This document shows positions 9,643-18,965 of a stretch of 64,000 nucleotides of DNA, one piece after another. How positions within the stretch are numbered: position 1 is the stretch's first letter; each line of letters begins with the position of its first letter. The notes below the pieces were generated by a model, which was not told where the DNA came from, made no database searches, and worked only from the letters and a program-made list of their open reading frames with translations. The stretch is from Minisyncoccota bacterium (GTDB taxonomy: Bacteria > Patescibacteriota > Minisyncoccia > UBA6257 > 2-01-FULL-56-20). The stretch is from assembly GCA_035509435.1 (NCBI GenBank), contig DATJLR010000002.1, forward strand, positions 133,774 through 197,773. The letters are read 5' to 3'. The position numbers and the translations under genes were made by a program.

Positions 9643-9993
9643 ATGAAATCTGCAGTTTTGGTGGTGCTGGATTCCGGCGTAGCTGCTGTCGGGCTTCTGT
9701 GTTACATTCAGCAATGCTTTCCGGTTGCGGATTTTCCTCCAACCGACCATCCGGCGTATCGCGAGCTGGCCCATGCCATGCGCTTTGACGACGAATTTCA
9801 GGGATCGTTCCAGGGCAATTTCAACCTCAAAGCGGCGCTCGACAAGGCCGCGGAGGTCGATCTTAAAACGAAAAGGATCAGGATGAGGCCCGGTGGGGTG
9901 GAGGGCCGGTTCCTCGGGGAGCGTTTTCCCAGTTTAGCGCATTCGCTGTTCAGGCTGGCCCTCGAGATAAGGGGTCTCGTTACCTTCGGGTAG
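9643..9993 (+). CDS. hypothetical small protein (uncertain; may be non-coding leader)
   Basis: ATG preceded by GGGAG at 7-nt spacing; central part has codon bias similar to neighbours; no family. Confidence 0.3.
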   Translation: MKSAVLVVLDSGVAAVGLLCYIQQCFPVADFPPTDHPAYRELAHAMRFDDEFQGSFQGNFNLKAALDKAAEVDLKTKRIRMRPGGVEGRFLGERFPSLAHSLFRLALEIRGLVTFG

Positions 9994-10011
9994 TCGAAAG
10001 AAAGAAGAAAT

Positions 10012-10040
10012 GGACCGCTTCCTGGGAAGCGGTCCTCTTT
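10012..10040 (+). terminator. rho-independent terminator
   Basis: GGACCGCTTCC..GGAAGCGGTCC stem followed by TCTTT. Confidence 0.6.
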
Positions 10041-10079
10041 ATACTTGCCATTTCCCGCTGGTTTGCTATACTTTCGCTT

Positions 10080-10736
10080 ATGGAATTGGCGGTCAAAACA
10101 CGCGACGTATTGGGCAAAAAAGTGAAGGCGCTCCGCAGGGAGGGCCTTATTCCCGCAGAGCTCTATGGGCACGGCTTTGAAAATATACACCTCGCGCTTC
10201 CGACAAAGGAATTCAATAAGGTTTTGAAAGAAGCCGGCTCAACGTCCGTCGTCACGCTCGTGCTTGGCAAGGAAACCAAGCCTGCGATGATCCACGAAGT
10301 GGCGCGCGATGCGGTGACGAGCGAGATCATCCACGTCGATCTGCACCAGGTGCGCATGGACGAGACGGTGAAGGCGCACGTGCCGCTCGAGTTTGTCGGC
10401 GAAGCTCCTGCCATCAAAGCATTTGCCGCTGTCATCAACAAGGCGATGTCCGAGATCGAAGTGGAAGCATTCCCGCAAAACCTCCCGCACAGCCTTACCG
10501 TCGACCTTTCTGTGCTCGACGAGATGGACAAGACGATCTACGTTAAAGATCTTGTGATCCCCAAAGGGGTGACGGTCCTCGTCGACGAGGAGATGGCGAT
10601 CGCCACCGCGACCCCGCCCGCTCCGGAAGAGGTTGCCGCGCCGGTGGAAGAAGTGGATGTCTCCGCGATCACGACCGAGGGCGAGGAAAAGAAAGCCGAA
10701 CGCGACGCCGCCAAGGAAGAGAAAAAGGAGGAATAG
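10080..10736 (+). CDS. rplY: ribosomal protein L25 / general stress protein Ctc
   Basis: L25/Ctc fold pattern (EL.G.GF..I.L); acidic C-terminal tail. Confidence 0.8.
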   Translation: MELAVKTRDVLGKKVKALRREGLIPAELYGHGFENIHLALPTKEFNKVLKEAGSTSVVTLVLGKETKPAMIHEVARDAVTSEIIHVDLHQVRMDETVKAHVPLEFVGEAPAIKAFAAVINKAMSEIEVEAFPQNLPHSLTVDLSVLDEMDKTIYVKDLVIPKGVTVLVDEEMAIATATPPAPEEVAAPVEEVDVSAITTEGEEKKAERDAAKEEKKEE

Positions 10737-10738
10737 GA

Positions 10739-10770
10739 AAAGCGCTTCCCAGAGGGAAGCGCATTTAATT
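10739..10770 (+). terminator. rho-independent terminator after rplY
   Basis: GCGCTTCCC-AGA-GGGAAGCGC perfect hairpin followed by ATTTAATTT. Confidence 0.65.
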
Positions 10771-10794
10771 TCAAATCCAGTCCGGTGCCCCTTG

Positions 10795-10867
10795 TGGACC
10801 CGCCCGGAGTTGCGCCGGGATCTCCCGATTGTCAAAAGCGGGCGCTCTACTGTTGAGCTACGGGCCC
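10795..10867 (-). pseudogene. degenerate tRNA-like element (Ala-like acceptor G3:U70/A73; aberrant anticodon and T loops)
   Basis: 73 nt with 7-bp acceptor GGGCCCG/CGGGTCC, a D arm GCTC-AACAGTA-GAGC and a T stem CCCGG/CCGGG. The anticodon region is a 4-bp stem with an 11-nt loop and the T loop is CGCAACT instead of TTCGAAT. Confidence 0.4.
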
Positions 10868-10969
10868 GGATCTTTTGGGGGCGTAGCCAGATTAGCAAAT
10901 TATCGATTAAAACTATCTTGAACAAAAAAAGAGCCATATAGGGCCCTTTTTTTGTGACAATCGGGAGAT
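10820..10969. repeat. 15-bp perfect inverted repeat (ATCTCCCGATTGTCA / TGACAATCGGGAGAT) flanking a 120-bp segment
   Basis: Arms at 10820-10834 and 10955-10969; the first arm is the anticodon region of the tRNA-like element; the spacer contains an A7/T7-flanked palindrome (10921-10950). Confidence 0.7.
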
Positions 10970-11104
10970 GGTCCGCAACTCATGCGGAGCGTCCGCTTCG
11001 CCTATTATCATATGCCGTCCATAAATAAAGTCAAAAACTTTTTAATCAAATTTTAATCTTTCACTGGCATCTCTTCGTCCCTAATAAAAATAACGCACGG
11101 GGTG

Positions 11105-11182
11105 CCTGGCGGATGCGGGTACGTTGTTGAGCGAGTGGACGTTCCGACGTCGGAGCGAGACAATGTGCCCGCATCCGCCAGG
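11105..11182. repeat. 17/18-bp inverted repeat with 42-bp spacer upstream of the SLT-domain gene
   Basis: CCTGGCGGATGCGGGTAC ... GTGCCCGCATCCGCCAGG; the spacer itself contains a CGACGTCG palindrome; a TATAAT box at 11209-11214 follows. Confidence 0.6.
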
Positions 11183-11220
11183 TAACTCTGCCTTTCTTTT
11201 TGCGTTATAATAAAAGAGCA

Positions 11221-12729
11221 ATGAAAAGGCCTTTGAAACCGAGGGTCCTTGGTGATATTTCGCGGAAAAGCGGAGACAGTCGAAGCTGGAGCGCGTTCGG
11301 TCCGCTCGCCGCGCGGGTGAATCTCGCGGAAGAGCGCGTGCTCCGGGTTCCGCTCACCAAAACCCTCCGGGTCGGCATCATCGCTTCGGCGGCGGTTTTT
11401 CTGCTGTTCGGTTCGGCCCTTGCGCCGACGTTGTTCACGAAGGCTTCCGGCGATGGCGCTTCGGCAACGAGCACCGACCCCGTCGTCCAACGTACCGCGC
11501 TTGAGACCCAGCTTTCCCAGCTGGAGGGGCAGATAGACCAGTACCAGGGGCAGATCGCGAGCTATGCAACGCAGGGAAAAACCCTGAGCGGGCAGATCGC
11601 GATGCTGAACGACAAGATCGCTTCGATCAGTTTGCAGATCCAGGCCACGCATCTTACCGCCCAGCAACTGGATAGCGACATCGCGCAGACCCAGGCTGAG
11701 ATCACGGCGACGCAGACGGATATCGCGGGGAAAAAAGCGGCGATGGGTGCGCTCATGCAGGAACTGTACCAAAACGACCAGACGCCGCTCATTCAGACCT
11801 TCCTTGAAGACCCCCAGGTTTCCGATCTTTGGAACGACACCCAGGACATAACGCTCGCGGAGAGCGACCTTCGCCTGACATCCCAGCAGATATCCGGCCT
11901 TCAGTCCCAATTGCAGAACGAGGAATCGCAATTTCAGGCATCGCAGTCCGATGTGGCAAGCGCGGCGGCATATCAGCAGGCGCAGACACAGGAGATCGCG
12001 GATACAAAATCACAGGAAGCACAGCTGCTTGCGGAAACGCAGGGACAGGAATCAAAATACCAGGCGCTCCTTGTGCAGACGCAGGCAAGCGCGGCGCAGA
12101 TCAGGAGCCAGATCTTCCAGCTGCTCGGCGGCGGCCAGCTTTCATTCGAGGATGCGTACCAATATGCATCGCTCGCGTCCAATGCGACGGGCATTGACCC
12201 CGCGTTCATCCTTGCGATCCTCGATCGCGAATCGGCGCTCGGCCAGAATCTCGGACAGTGCAATTATAAGAGCGCGATGAGCCCGTCCGACCAGCCGCTT
12301 TTCCTTGTCATCACGCAGTCGCTTGGTCTGGACCCGAACGAGATGTTCGTATCATGCCCGAATACGGATGGTACGTACGGTGGCGCGATGGGACCGGCCC
12401 AGTTCGAACCGTCCACGTGGAATGCCTATGCTTCCACGGTCCAGAAGATCACGGGCAGCGATCCGCCATCGCCCTGGAACGATGCCGACGCGTTCGTTGC
12501 CGCGGCGCTGTATCTGAAGGACAGCACGCCGGGATGCCAAAAGGCGTACGCGACCGTGATCGGAGAGGAGCGGTGCGTGGCGGCGAAGTATTACGCGGGC
12601 AGCCGATGGCAAAGCTATCTCTGGACATACGGTGAGGCGGTGGTGGAGCAGGCGCAGACGTTCGCCTCCGACATTCAGACGATCACGGCGGGCGCCGGTA
12701 GTGGCGGAAGCGGCAACGGCAACACCTGA
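11221..12729 (+). CDS. membrane-anchored coiled-coil protein with C-terminal lytic transglycosylase (SLT/MltB-like) domain
   Basis: N-terminal TM, Gln-rich heptad region, C-terminal AILDRESALGQN and GAMGPAQFEPSTW motifs; AAAGAG before the ATG at 11221. Confidence 0.7.
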   Translation: MKRPLKPRVLGDISRKSGDSRSWSAFGPLAARVNLAEERVLRVPLTKTLRVGIIASAAVFLLFGSALAPTLFTKASGDGASATSTDPVVQRTALETQLSQLEGQIDQYQGQIASYATQGKTLSGQIAMLNDKIASISLQIQATHLTAQQLDSDIAQTQAEITATQTDIAGKKAAMGALMQELYQNDQTPLIQTFLEDPQVSDLWNDTQDITLAESDLRLTSQQISGLQSQLQNEESQFQASQSDVASAAAYQQAQTQEIADTKSQEAQLLAETQGQESKYQALLVQTQASAAQIRSQIFQLLGGGQLSFEDAYQYASLASNATGIDPAFILAILDRESALGQNLGQCNYKSAMSPSDQPLFLVITQSLGLDPNEMFVSCPNTDGTYGGAMGPAQFEPSTWNAYASTVQKITGSDPPSPWNDADAFVAAALYLKDSTPGCQKAYATVIGEERCVAAKYYAGSRWQSYLWTYGEAVVEQAQTFASDIQTITAGAGSGGSGNGNT

Positions 12730-12755
12730 GCCTTTTCGCCGTATTACCTATTTCA

Positions 12756-14030
12756 ATGAAATATACAAAAAAGACCACATTGAAGAACGGCTTGCGGATC
12801 GTGTTCGTCCCGCAGCCATCCAATCTCGCCGCCACGGTGCTCATTTTGGTGCGGGCGGGATCGGAATATGAGGCAAAGCGCGAGAACGGCGTATCGCACT
12901 TTTTGGAGCATATGACGTTCAAGGGGACGGCCGACCGTCCGGAGCCGGGGATGATCTCCCATGAGCTCACCGCGCTCGGCGCGCGCTTCAATGCGTTCAC
13001 CGGCGAGGAATATACCGGCTATTACGCGAAGGCGCAGGCGGCAAAGCTGCCGAAGATACTGGAGATCATGTCCGACCTCTATCTGCACCCGCTCTTCAAC
13101 GAGAAGGAGATCGAGCGCGAGCGCGGGGTGATCATCCAGGAGATCAATATGTACGAAGACGACCTTCCCGCGCGCGCCCAGCAGATGTTTACCGCGCTTG
13201 TCTATGGCGACCAGCCGGCGGGATGGGATGTGGCCGGGGAGAAGCCGATCATCCGCCGGCTCTCGCGGCGCGATTTTGTTGCGTATCGCGACGCGCGGTA
13301 CGTCATGCCGGGGACGGTCATCATCATTGCGGGGAAGTTCAACGAAAAGGCGGCGCTCGCGCAGATCAAGGAATATTTTGCCGCGCTTCCGCGCCGCCGC
13401 GCGCCCGCAAAGAAAAAAACGGTGGAGCGGCAATCCGCGGCGCGCGTAACACTGCAGTTCAAGGAAACGGATCAGGCGCATCTTGTGCTCGGCTTCCGCG
13501 CGTTCGACATGTTCGACGAGCGGCGCTATGCCCTGCGCGTCGCGGCCGACCTTTTGGGCGGCGGGATGAGCTCGCGGCTTTTCACGCGTATCCGAGAGCG
13601 GATGGGCGCGGGGTATTACGTGTGGGCGAGCGCGGACCTTTCTCTTGACCATGGCTTGTTTTCCGTTTCTGCCGGCGTTGACCGCAAGCGGACGGAAGAG
13701 GTTGTCCGCGCGATACTCGAGGAATGCCGGGCCCTGCGTGATGGCGTCGTTCCCGAGGCCGAACTTCAGCGCACCAAGGATCATATGATCGGGGGATTGG
13801 TCCTCGGGCTTGAGACATCCGACGATCTGGCAAGCTTCTATGGCGGCCAGGAGGTGCTTGGCGGAAGGACTTTGTCTCCGGACGAGTTAACGGATAGAAT
13901 AAGGAAGGTAACAGCGGAGGATGTGCGCCGCGCGGCGGCGGCGATCATGAAGGATGACCGCCTCAATCTGGCGATCGTGGGACCCTACAAAAACAAAGCG
14001 CAATTCAAGAAAATTTTAACGATCAACTAA
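12756..14030 (+). CDS. M16-family zinc peptidase (insulinase-like)
   Basis: HFLEHM (HxxEH) zinc-binding motif; 424 aa. Confidence 0.85.
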   Translation: MKYTKKTTLKNGLRIVFVPQPSNLAATVLILVRAGSEYEAKRENGVSHFLEHMTFKGTADRPEPGMISHELTALGARFNAFTGEEYTGYYAKAQAAKLPKILEIMSDLYLHPLFNEKEIERERGVIIQEINMYEDDLPARAQQMFTALVYGDQPAGWDVAGEKPIIRRLSRRDFVAYRDARYVMPGTVIIIAGKFNEKAALAQIKEYFAALPRRRAPAKKKTVERQSAARVTLQFKETDQAHLVLGFRAFDMFDERRYALRVAADLLGGGMSSRLFTRIRERMGAGYYVWASADLSLDHGLFSVSAGVDRKRTEEVVRAILEECRALRDGVVPEAELQRTKDHMIGGLVLGLETSDDLASFYGGQEVLGGRTLSPDELTDRIRKVTAEDVRRAAAAIMKDDRLNLAIVGPYKNKAQFKKILTIN

Positions 14031-14043
14031 CCGCACCGGCACC

Positions 14044-15072
14044 GTGAGCGCCAACGAAAAAACAACGTTCGAGATATCGTGGGTGACGCTGTGGCGCATT
14101 CTCGCGTTCATCGCGCTTGTCGCCGTGCTGTACGAGGGACGGCAGATCGTCCTCGGCGTCTTTCTCGCGATCATCATCTCGTCGGGACTTGAGGGCGTCG
14201 TGGATACGCTTGAGCGGCGCATTAGTTTGCCGCGCAGCGTGAGCGTCATTTTGATATTCCTCGCGGCGCTCATCGCGTTCGTCCTGATCGTGTACACCGT
14301 CGTGCCGTTCCTTCTCGTGGAGCTCAACACGATCTTTTCGGGCGTCAACACGGCGGACCTCGGCGGATGGGGGATATTGCTCAACCTTCCGGCGACGCAT
14401 TCGGTGAGCTCGCTCGTCGGAAAGGTTTCCACGCAGGTCATCGCGAGCAACTCCTCGCCGCTCGGCCTCTTCTCCGCCGCGCTTGGCAGTTTCGGCCTTG
14501 CGGCCGCGGTCCTCGTGAGCTCGTTCTACCTGAGCCTGAGCCATGATGGCGTAGAGCGGTTCCTTGCGGTCGTCATCCCGCCGGACTATGAGGAGACGAC
14601 GATGCGCATCTATAAGCGGTCGAAGCAGCTGATCGGCGCGTGGTTCCGCATGCAGGTGGTCCTGTCCGTCATCATGGGATTCGCAGTGTGGGGAGGGCTT
14701 TCGCTCCTCGGGGTGAAGTACGCGTTCCTGATCGGTGTCCTTGCCGCGTTCTTCGAACTCGTGCCGTTCCTTGGCCCCATTCTCTCCGGCGCCGTGGCCG
14801 TCATCGCGGCGCTTCTTACTTCGACGACGCTCGCGTTCTGGACGCTCATATTCTTCCTCATCGCCCAGCAATTCGAGTCGCACGTGCTTGTGCCGCTGCT
14901 TTCCCGCCATTCGGTGGGACTCCATCCGGTGATCGTCATCGTCGCGCTCCTTATCGGCGGAGAGATCGGTGGCATTTTGGGCATCATCATTTCGGTGCCC
15001 GTGGCGGCCGTTCTGCAGGAGGTCGTGCAGGATTGGTCCTCAAAGCGCCGGGCCGCGGCGGTTGCGCGGTAG
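14044..15072 (+). CDS. AI-2E family transporter (PerM/UPF0118)
   Basis: 8-TM profile and AI-2E family pattern; GTG start. Confidence 0.7.
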   Translation: MSANEKTTFEISWVTLWRILAFIALVAVLYEGRQIVLGVFLAIIISSGLEGVVDTLERRISLPRSVSVILIFLAALIAFVLIVYTVVPFLLVELNTIFSGVNTADLGGWGILLNLPATHSVSSLVGKVSTQVIASNSSPLGLFSAALGSFGLAAAVLVSSFYLSLSHDGVERFLAVVIPPDYEETTMRIYKRSKQLIGAWFRMQVVLSVIMGFAVWGGLSLLGVKYAFLIGVLAAFFELVPFLGPILSGAVAVIAALLTSTTLAFWTLIFFLIAQQFESHVLVPLLSRHSVGLHPVIVIVALLIGGEIGGILGIIISVPVAAVLQEVVQDWSSKRRAAAVAR

Positions 15073-15097
15073 GGGCAAATAATAGTAGTCTTCCTCT

Positions 15098-16546
15098 ATG
15101 TACTCGAACGGAGAATTTTATATCACGACGCCCATCTATTATATAAACGGCGTGCCGCACATCGGCAGCGCATACACGACGATCGTGGCCGACACGCTCG
15201 CGCGGTGGCGCGAGGCGCAGGGGGAGGTCGTGACATTTTTGACGGGCACCGACGAGTTCGCGCAGAAGACGCCGGACGCCGCGGAAAAAACGGGGGAGGA
15301 GGTGCACGTCTACGCGGAGCGCATGGCGAACGCCTGGATGGAAACATGGCACAAGCTCGGCATCTCGAACACCGACTTCATCCGCACCACGGAGGAGCGC
15401 CATATCGACACGGTAAAGGATTTTTGGGGCCGCCTGGACGCCGCGGGCGATATCTATAAAGGGCAGTACGAAGGATTGTATTGCAAAGGGCACGAGGCGT
15501 TCATAAAAGAAAGCGACCTCGTTGACGGGCTCTGTCCGGAGCACAAGACGGCGCCCGAGCGCGTCGTGGAGGAGAACTATTTCTTCAAGCTTTCCAATTA
15601 TCAGCAGCGCCTTCTGGAATTTTACGAGGCGCACGGCGATTTTGTGGCGCCCGCGCACCGCTTCAACGAGGTGAAGGCGTTCGTGGAGGACGGCCTCGAA
15701 GACATCAGCTTCTCGCGCGAGCGCAAAGGCAATCGCGTGCAGTGGGGCATCCCCGTGCCGAACGATCCGGGCCAGGTGATATACGTGTGGGCCGATGCGC
15801 TCGTCAATTACATCTCCGCGATCGGCATCGAAAAATGGGAGGAGCATCCGGCGGACATCCATACGGTGGGAAAGGACATCCTGCGGTTCCACGCCGTCAT
15901 CTGGCCGGCGATGCTCATGTCGGCCGGGTTGCCTTTGCCGGGCCAGATCATCGCGAACGGGTTTCTCACGGTGAACGGCACAAAGATGGGCAAGTCGCTC
16001 GGCAACGTGATCGATCCGCTTGAGCTCACGTCGCGATACGGCAATGACGGCCTGCGCTACTTTTTGCTCCGCGAGATCTCGTACGGCGACGATGGCGATT
16101 TTTCGGAAGAAAAGATGAAAGAACGTTACAATGCGGACCTCGCGAACGGCCTCGGCAACTTTGCCGCGCGCGTGCTCACGCTTGCGGAGAAGGAGTCCGT
16201 GCAATTTGGAAGGCTTGATGCCGAGTTCGAGGCGGCGATCCGCGACGCAAAGCGCGCCGTGCAGGAAAAAATGGCGAACTTTAAATTTTCCGACGCGCTC
16301 GCCGCGATCTGGGCTGTGATTTCGCTCGGCGACCGTTACGTGAACGAAAAGAAAGTGTGGGAGATCAAAGATGCCGCCGCCCGTTCGCAGGCACTTTTCA
16401 ACCTCGTCTCGTTTCTTGATAATGTCGCCGCGATGCTCGTGCCGTTCCTGCCCGAAACGTCAAAAAAGATCACCGCCGCGATCGCCTGGAAGGACAATGT
16501 TTTAGATGTAAAAAAGCCGGAAATTCTTTTCCCGCGGATAAAATAG
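15098..16546 (+). CDS. metG: methionyl-tRNA synthetase, short form
   Basis: PHIGSAYTT (HIGH-type) and KMGKS motifs, Zn knuckle CPEH; 482 aa with no C-terminal tRNA-binding extension. Confidence 0.85.
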   Translation: MYSNGEFYITTPIYYINGVPHIGSAYTTIVADTLARWREAQGEVVTFLTGTDEFAQKTPDAAEKTGEEVHVYAERMANAWMETWHKLGISNTDFIRTTEERHIDTVKDFWGRLDAAGDIYKGQYEGLYCKGHEAFIKESDLVDGLCPEHKTAPERVVEENYFFKLSNYQQRLLEFYEAHGDFVAPAHRFNEVKAFVEDGLEDISFSRERKGNRVQWGIPVPNDPGQVIYVWADALVNYISAIGIEKWEEHPADIHTVGKDILRFHAVIWPAMLMSAGLPLPGQIIANGFLTVNGTKMGKSLGNVIDPLELTSRYGNDGLRYFLLREISYGDDGDFSEEKMKERYNADLANGLGNFAARVLTLAEKESVQFGRLDAEFEAAIRDAKRAVQEKMANFKFSDALAAIWAVISLGDRYVNEKKVWEIKDAAARSQALFNLVSFLDNVAAMLVPFLPETSKKITAAIAWKDNVLDVKKPEILFPRIK

Positions 16547-16623
16547 CGTGCCCGATATGCATTTTGAAATCACAGATTATGATTTCAAAATCAAGCCACG
16601 CATGAGCGCCTGCCGCCCCGCTG

Positions 16624-17220
16624 CTATCGCACCCCTTGGTCAAACAAACTTTCGTAGACGCGATTAATGTCGCGTTCGAAGTGCTCCACATCGTCGTAGT
16701 TGTTCTCAAGAACGATCTCGGCGCGGCTGCCGATGTCCGGGATATCCACTTCGGTGCGTACCTTTTCCTGCTCCATGAATTTTTCCCACGTCGTCGCGCC
16801 TTCGCCCGAGCGGTTCCGCGCAAGGAGCCGTGCATGGCGCACTTTCGGATCGGCTGAGATGTAGATCAATATGGTTTTGATCCCCTCATCGTTCAATCCG
16901 CGGATCATGCGCTCGTCGCCGAGCCAGCGTACGCCGTCGAGGATCGTCACGTCGGCGGTGTCGCCAACCAGCCGGTGGCGCATCGCCCGCGAGAGCGCCC
17001 CGTCGCCGAAGCCGGTGTCCGCGTTCATGACGATCGCCATCTTTTGCTCGTTGTCGCGCCCGCGCGGAATGCCCCACAGGTCGAGCGTCTCCTTCAATAT
17101 TTCCGAGAACGTATGCCGGCTCACCGTGTATCCGTCCTCCACGAGCAGTTTCTCGAGCGTGTTCGCGCACGTTTCCTTTCCCGCGAGCGGCGCACCGACG
17201 ATGCCGATGACGAGTTTCAT
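16624..17220 (-). CDS. P-loop NTPase, putative nucleotide kinase-like protein
   Basis: ATG at 17220; Walker A GIVGAPLAGKET. Confidence 0.5.
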   Translation of the reverse strand: MKLVIGIVGAPLAGKETCANTLEKLLVEDGYTVSRHTFSEILKETLDLWGIPRGRDNEQKMAIVMNADTGFGDGALSRAMRHRLVGDTADVTILDGVRWLGDERMIRGLNDEGIKTILIYISADPKVRHARLLARNRSGEGATTWEKFMEQEKVRTEVDIPDIGSRAEIVLENNYDDVEHFERDINRVYESLFDQGVR

Positions 17221-17675
17221 GAGAGTGCTTTGAGCGCCTCGCGGGCGTAATATTTGACGCGTTCTTTTATGCCGAGCGCCGGATCGTCCAGTTCTGCCGA
17301 GGTGAGCCAACGGATGTCATCGCTGATCTCCCGGTTGCCTTGTTTGATGACATCGCTCTTTGATGTGGCAAAGTAAATAAAATCAACGTGCTCGTGGGTC
17401 TCATTAATCCGGTGGCGATCTATAAAACGCGGCGTAAGCACTGTTTTTGCGTCGTCAAATTGTTTCAGTGGCGCAGCGGGCACCAATTCAATATCGAGAT
17501 TCACTTCCTCCTTTACTTCGCGGATAGCAGCTTGTGGCGGATCTTCGTCCAGCTCTATATGGCCGCCTGGCGGAAGCCATACATGATATTTATCGTGTTT
17601 GCGGAGGAGGACGCGCCCCTTATTTACAATATATATGTCAGTGACGAAGTCGACTTTCTCGTGGATGTGCGGCAT
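17217..17675 (-). CDS. NUDIX hydrolase
   Basis: Nudix box GGHIELDEDPPQAAIREVKEEVN; 4-bp overlap with the downstream gene. Confidence 0.8.
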   Translation of the reverse strand: MPHIHEKVDFVTDIYIVNKGRVLLRKHDKYHVWLPPGGHIELDEDPPQAAIREVKEEVNLDIELVPAAPLKQFDDAKTVLTPRFIDRHRINETHEHVDFIYFATSKSDVIKQGNREISDDIRWLTSAELDDPALGIKERVKYYAREALKALS

Positions 17676-17714
17676 GGCTCGTGGTCGTGTCTCTATGATA
17701 GAATAACTTCATCT

Positions 17715-18596
17715 ATGCCGCAATCTCATTTCTTTGATGCCCACACCCACGTGCAATTCTCCGGCTTTGACGACGACCGCGAGGCGGTGATCCGCCGCGC
17801 CGCGGAGGCCGACGTGCGGATGGTGAACGTGGGCACCCAGCGTGATACGTCCGCCGCGGCCGTGGCGCTCGCGCACGCGCACCCCGATGGCGCAATGTAT
17901 GCGGCGGTGGGGCTCCATCCGGTGCACACCAGCCGCTCGTTCCACGACGCGCAGGAACTCGGCGCCCCTGCAGACGGCGCCGCGGCAAAAGGATTCACCT
18001 CGCGTGGCGAAGTGTTCGACACGGACTATTATAGAGCGCTCGCGCTTGATCCTGCGACGGTCGCGATAGGCGAGTGCGGCCTGGACTACTTCCATTTTGA
18101 CGAGAGCGAGCCGCGCGACGCGCAGATCGCGCGCCAGAAGGACGCGTTCGCGGCGCAGATCACGCTCGCCAAAGAAATTAAAAAACCATTGATGGTCCAT
18201 TGCCGGAACGCGTTTGCGGACGTGATAGAGATGGTCCGTCCGCACGCGCACGAACTTGTGTCCGGCGTCGTTCACTTCTTTACCGGCACGCCGGATGACG
18301 CGCGCGCGTTGTTCGAGCTTGGATTCTCGTTCACATTTGGCGGTGCGATCACGTTCCCGCCGCGCAAGGGCATGACGGAGGGCGCATACGACGAGGTCGT
18401 GAGGATCATCCCGATCGATCGCATCATGTCGGAGACCGATGCGCCGTACGTGGCGCCCGCCGCATACCGCGGCAAGAAGAACGAGCCGGCATATGTGGTG
18501 CATGCCGTCGCGCGCCTTGCGGAGCTGAAAGGCGTTTCGCCGGAAGAGATGAAGGCGCAGATCTGGGAGAACGCGAAGCGGATCTTTGGAATTTGA
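17715..18596 (+). CDS. tatD: TatD-family metal-dependent hydrolase/DNase
   Basis: FFDAHTH, GECGLDY, ETDAPY motifs; ATG at 17715, divergent from the NUDIX gene. Confidence 0.85.
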   Translation: MPQSHFFDAHTHVQFSGFDDDREAVIRRAAEADVRMVNVGTQRDTSAAAVALAHAHPDGAMYAAVGLHPVHTSRSFHDAQELGAPADGAAAKGFTSRGEVFDTDYYRALALDPATVAIGECGLDYFHFDESEPRDAQIARQKDAFAAQITLAKEIKKPLMVHCRNAFADVIEMVRPHAHELVSGVVHFFTGTPDDARALFELGFSFTFGGAITFPPRKGMTEGAYDEVVRIIPIDRIMSETDAPYVAPAAYRGKKNEPAYVVHAVARLAELKGVSPEEMKAQIWENAKRIFGI

Positions 18597-18657
18597 AAGT
18601 GTTAAAAAATCGTTAAATTTTATTTGCTTTTTGTTTTTGTGAGCGTATCTTGGTAGT

Positions 18658-18957
18658 ATGGAATGGATGAAGAAATTATTGACGGAAGCAAATTTGCCGG
18701 TCATCTTCTTTAAAGAAAGAGGGCAATTTGTGGCGTACACTCCTGCGCTTGATCTGTCCACTGCCGGCAAAACGCTTGGCCAGGCGGAAAAGCACTTTAA
18801 GGAAGCGGTGGGGCTCTTTTTTGAAGAATGCCACAAGATGGGAACCCTCGACGCTGTCTTGCGTGATTTGGGATGGGAAAAGAGTCGTACCGGTTGGGTT
18901 TCCCCGGTTGCTGTTGTTCAGGGATCGCGGACGATAAGCGTTCCGCTTCCTGCGTAA
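18658..18957 (+). CDS. hicB: HicB-like (UPF0150) antitoxin
   Basis: VIFFKERGQFVAYTPALDLSTAGKTLGQAEKHFKEAVGLFFEE pattern. Confidence 0.55.
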   Translation: MEWMKKLLTEANLPVIFFKERGQFVAYTPALDLSTAGKTLGQAEKHFKEAVGLFFEECHKMGTLDAVLRDLGWEKSRTGWVSPVAVVQGSRTISVPLPA

Positions 18958-18965
18958 GTGCACGC

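Noticed and set aside
9571-10079. tmRNA (including permuted two-piece) hypothesis
   Set aside because: A GTTCGAATC motif is present but no pairing T stem, no G:U-containing acceptor stem and no tag ORF ending in Ala-Ala-stop could be constructed.
11053-11931. 292-aa minus-strand ORF
   Set aside because: Antisense to the Gln-rich coiled-coil region of the SLT-domain gene.
14023-16204. Long minus-strand ORFs 14023..14925 and 14987..16204
   Set aside because: Antisense to the AI-2E transporter and metG; His/Arg/Asp-rich low-complexity translations.
17709-18836. 375-aa minus-strand ORF
   Set aside because: Antisense to tatD and the second hicB; no motifs.
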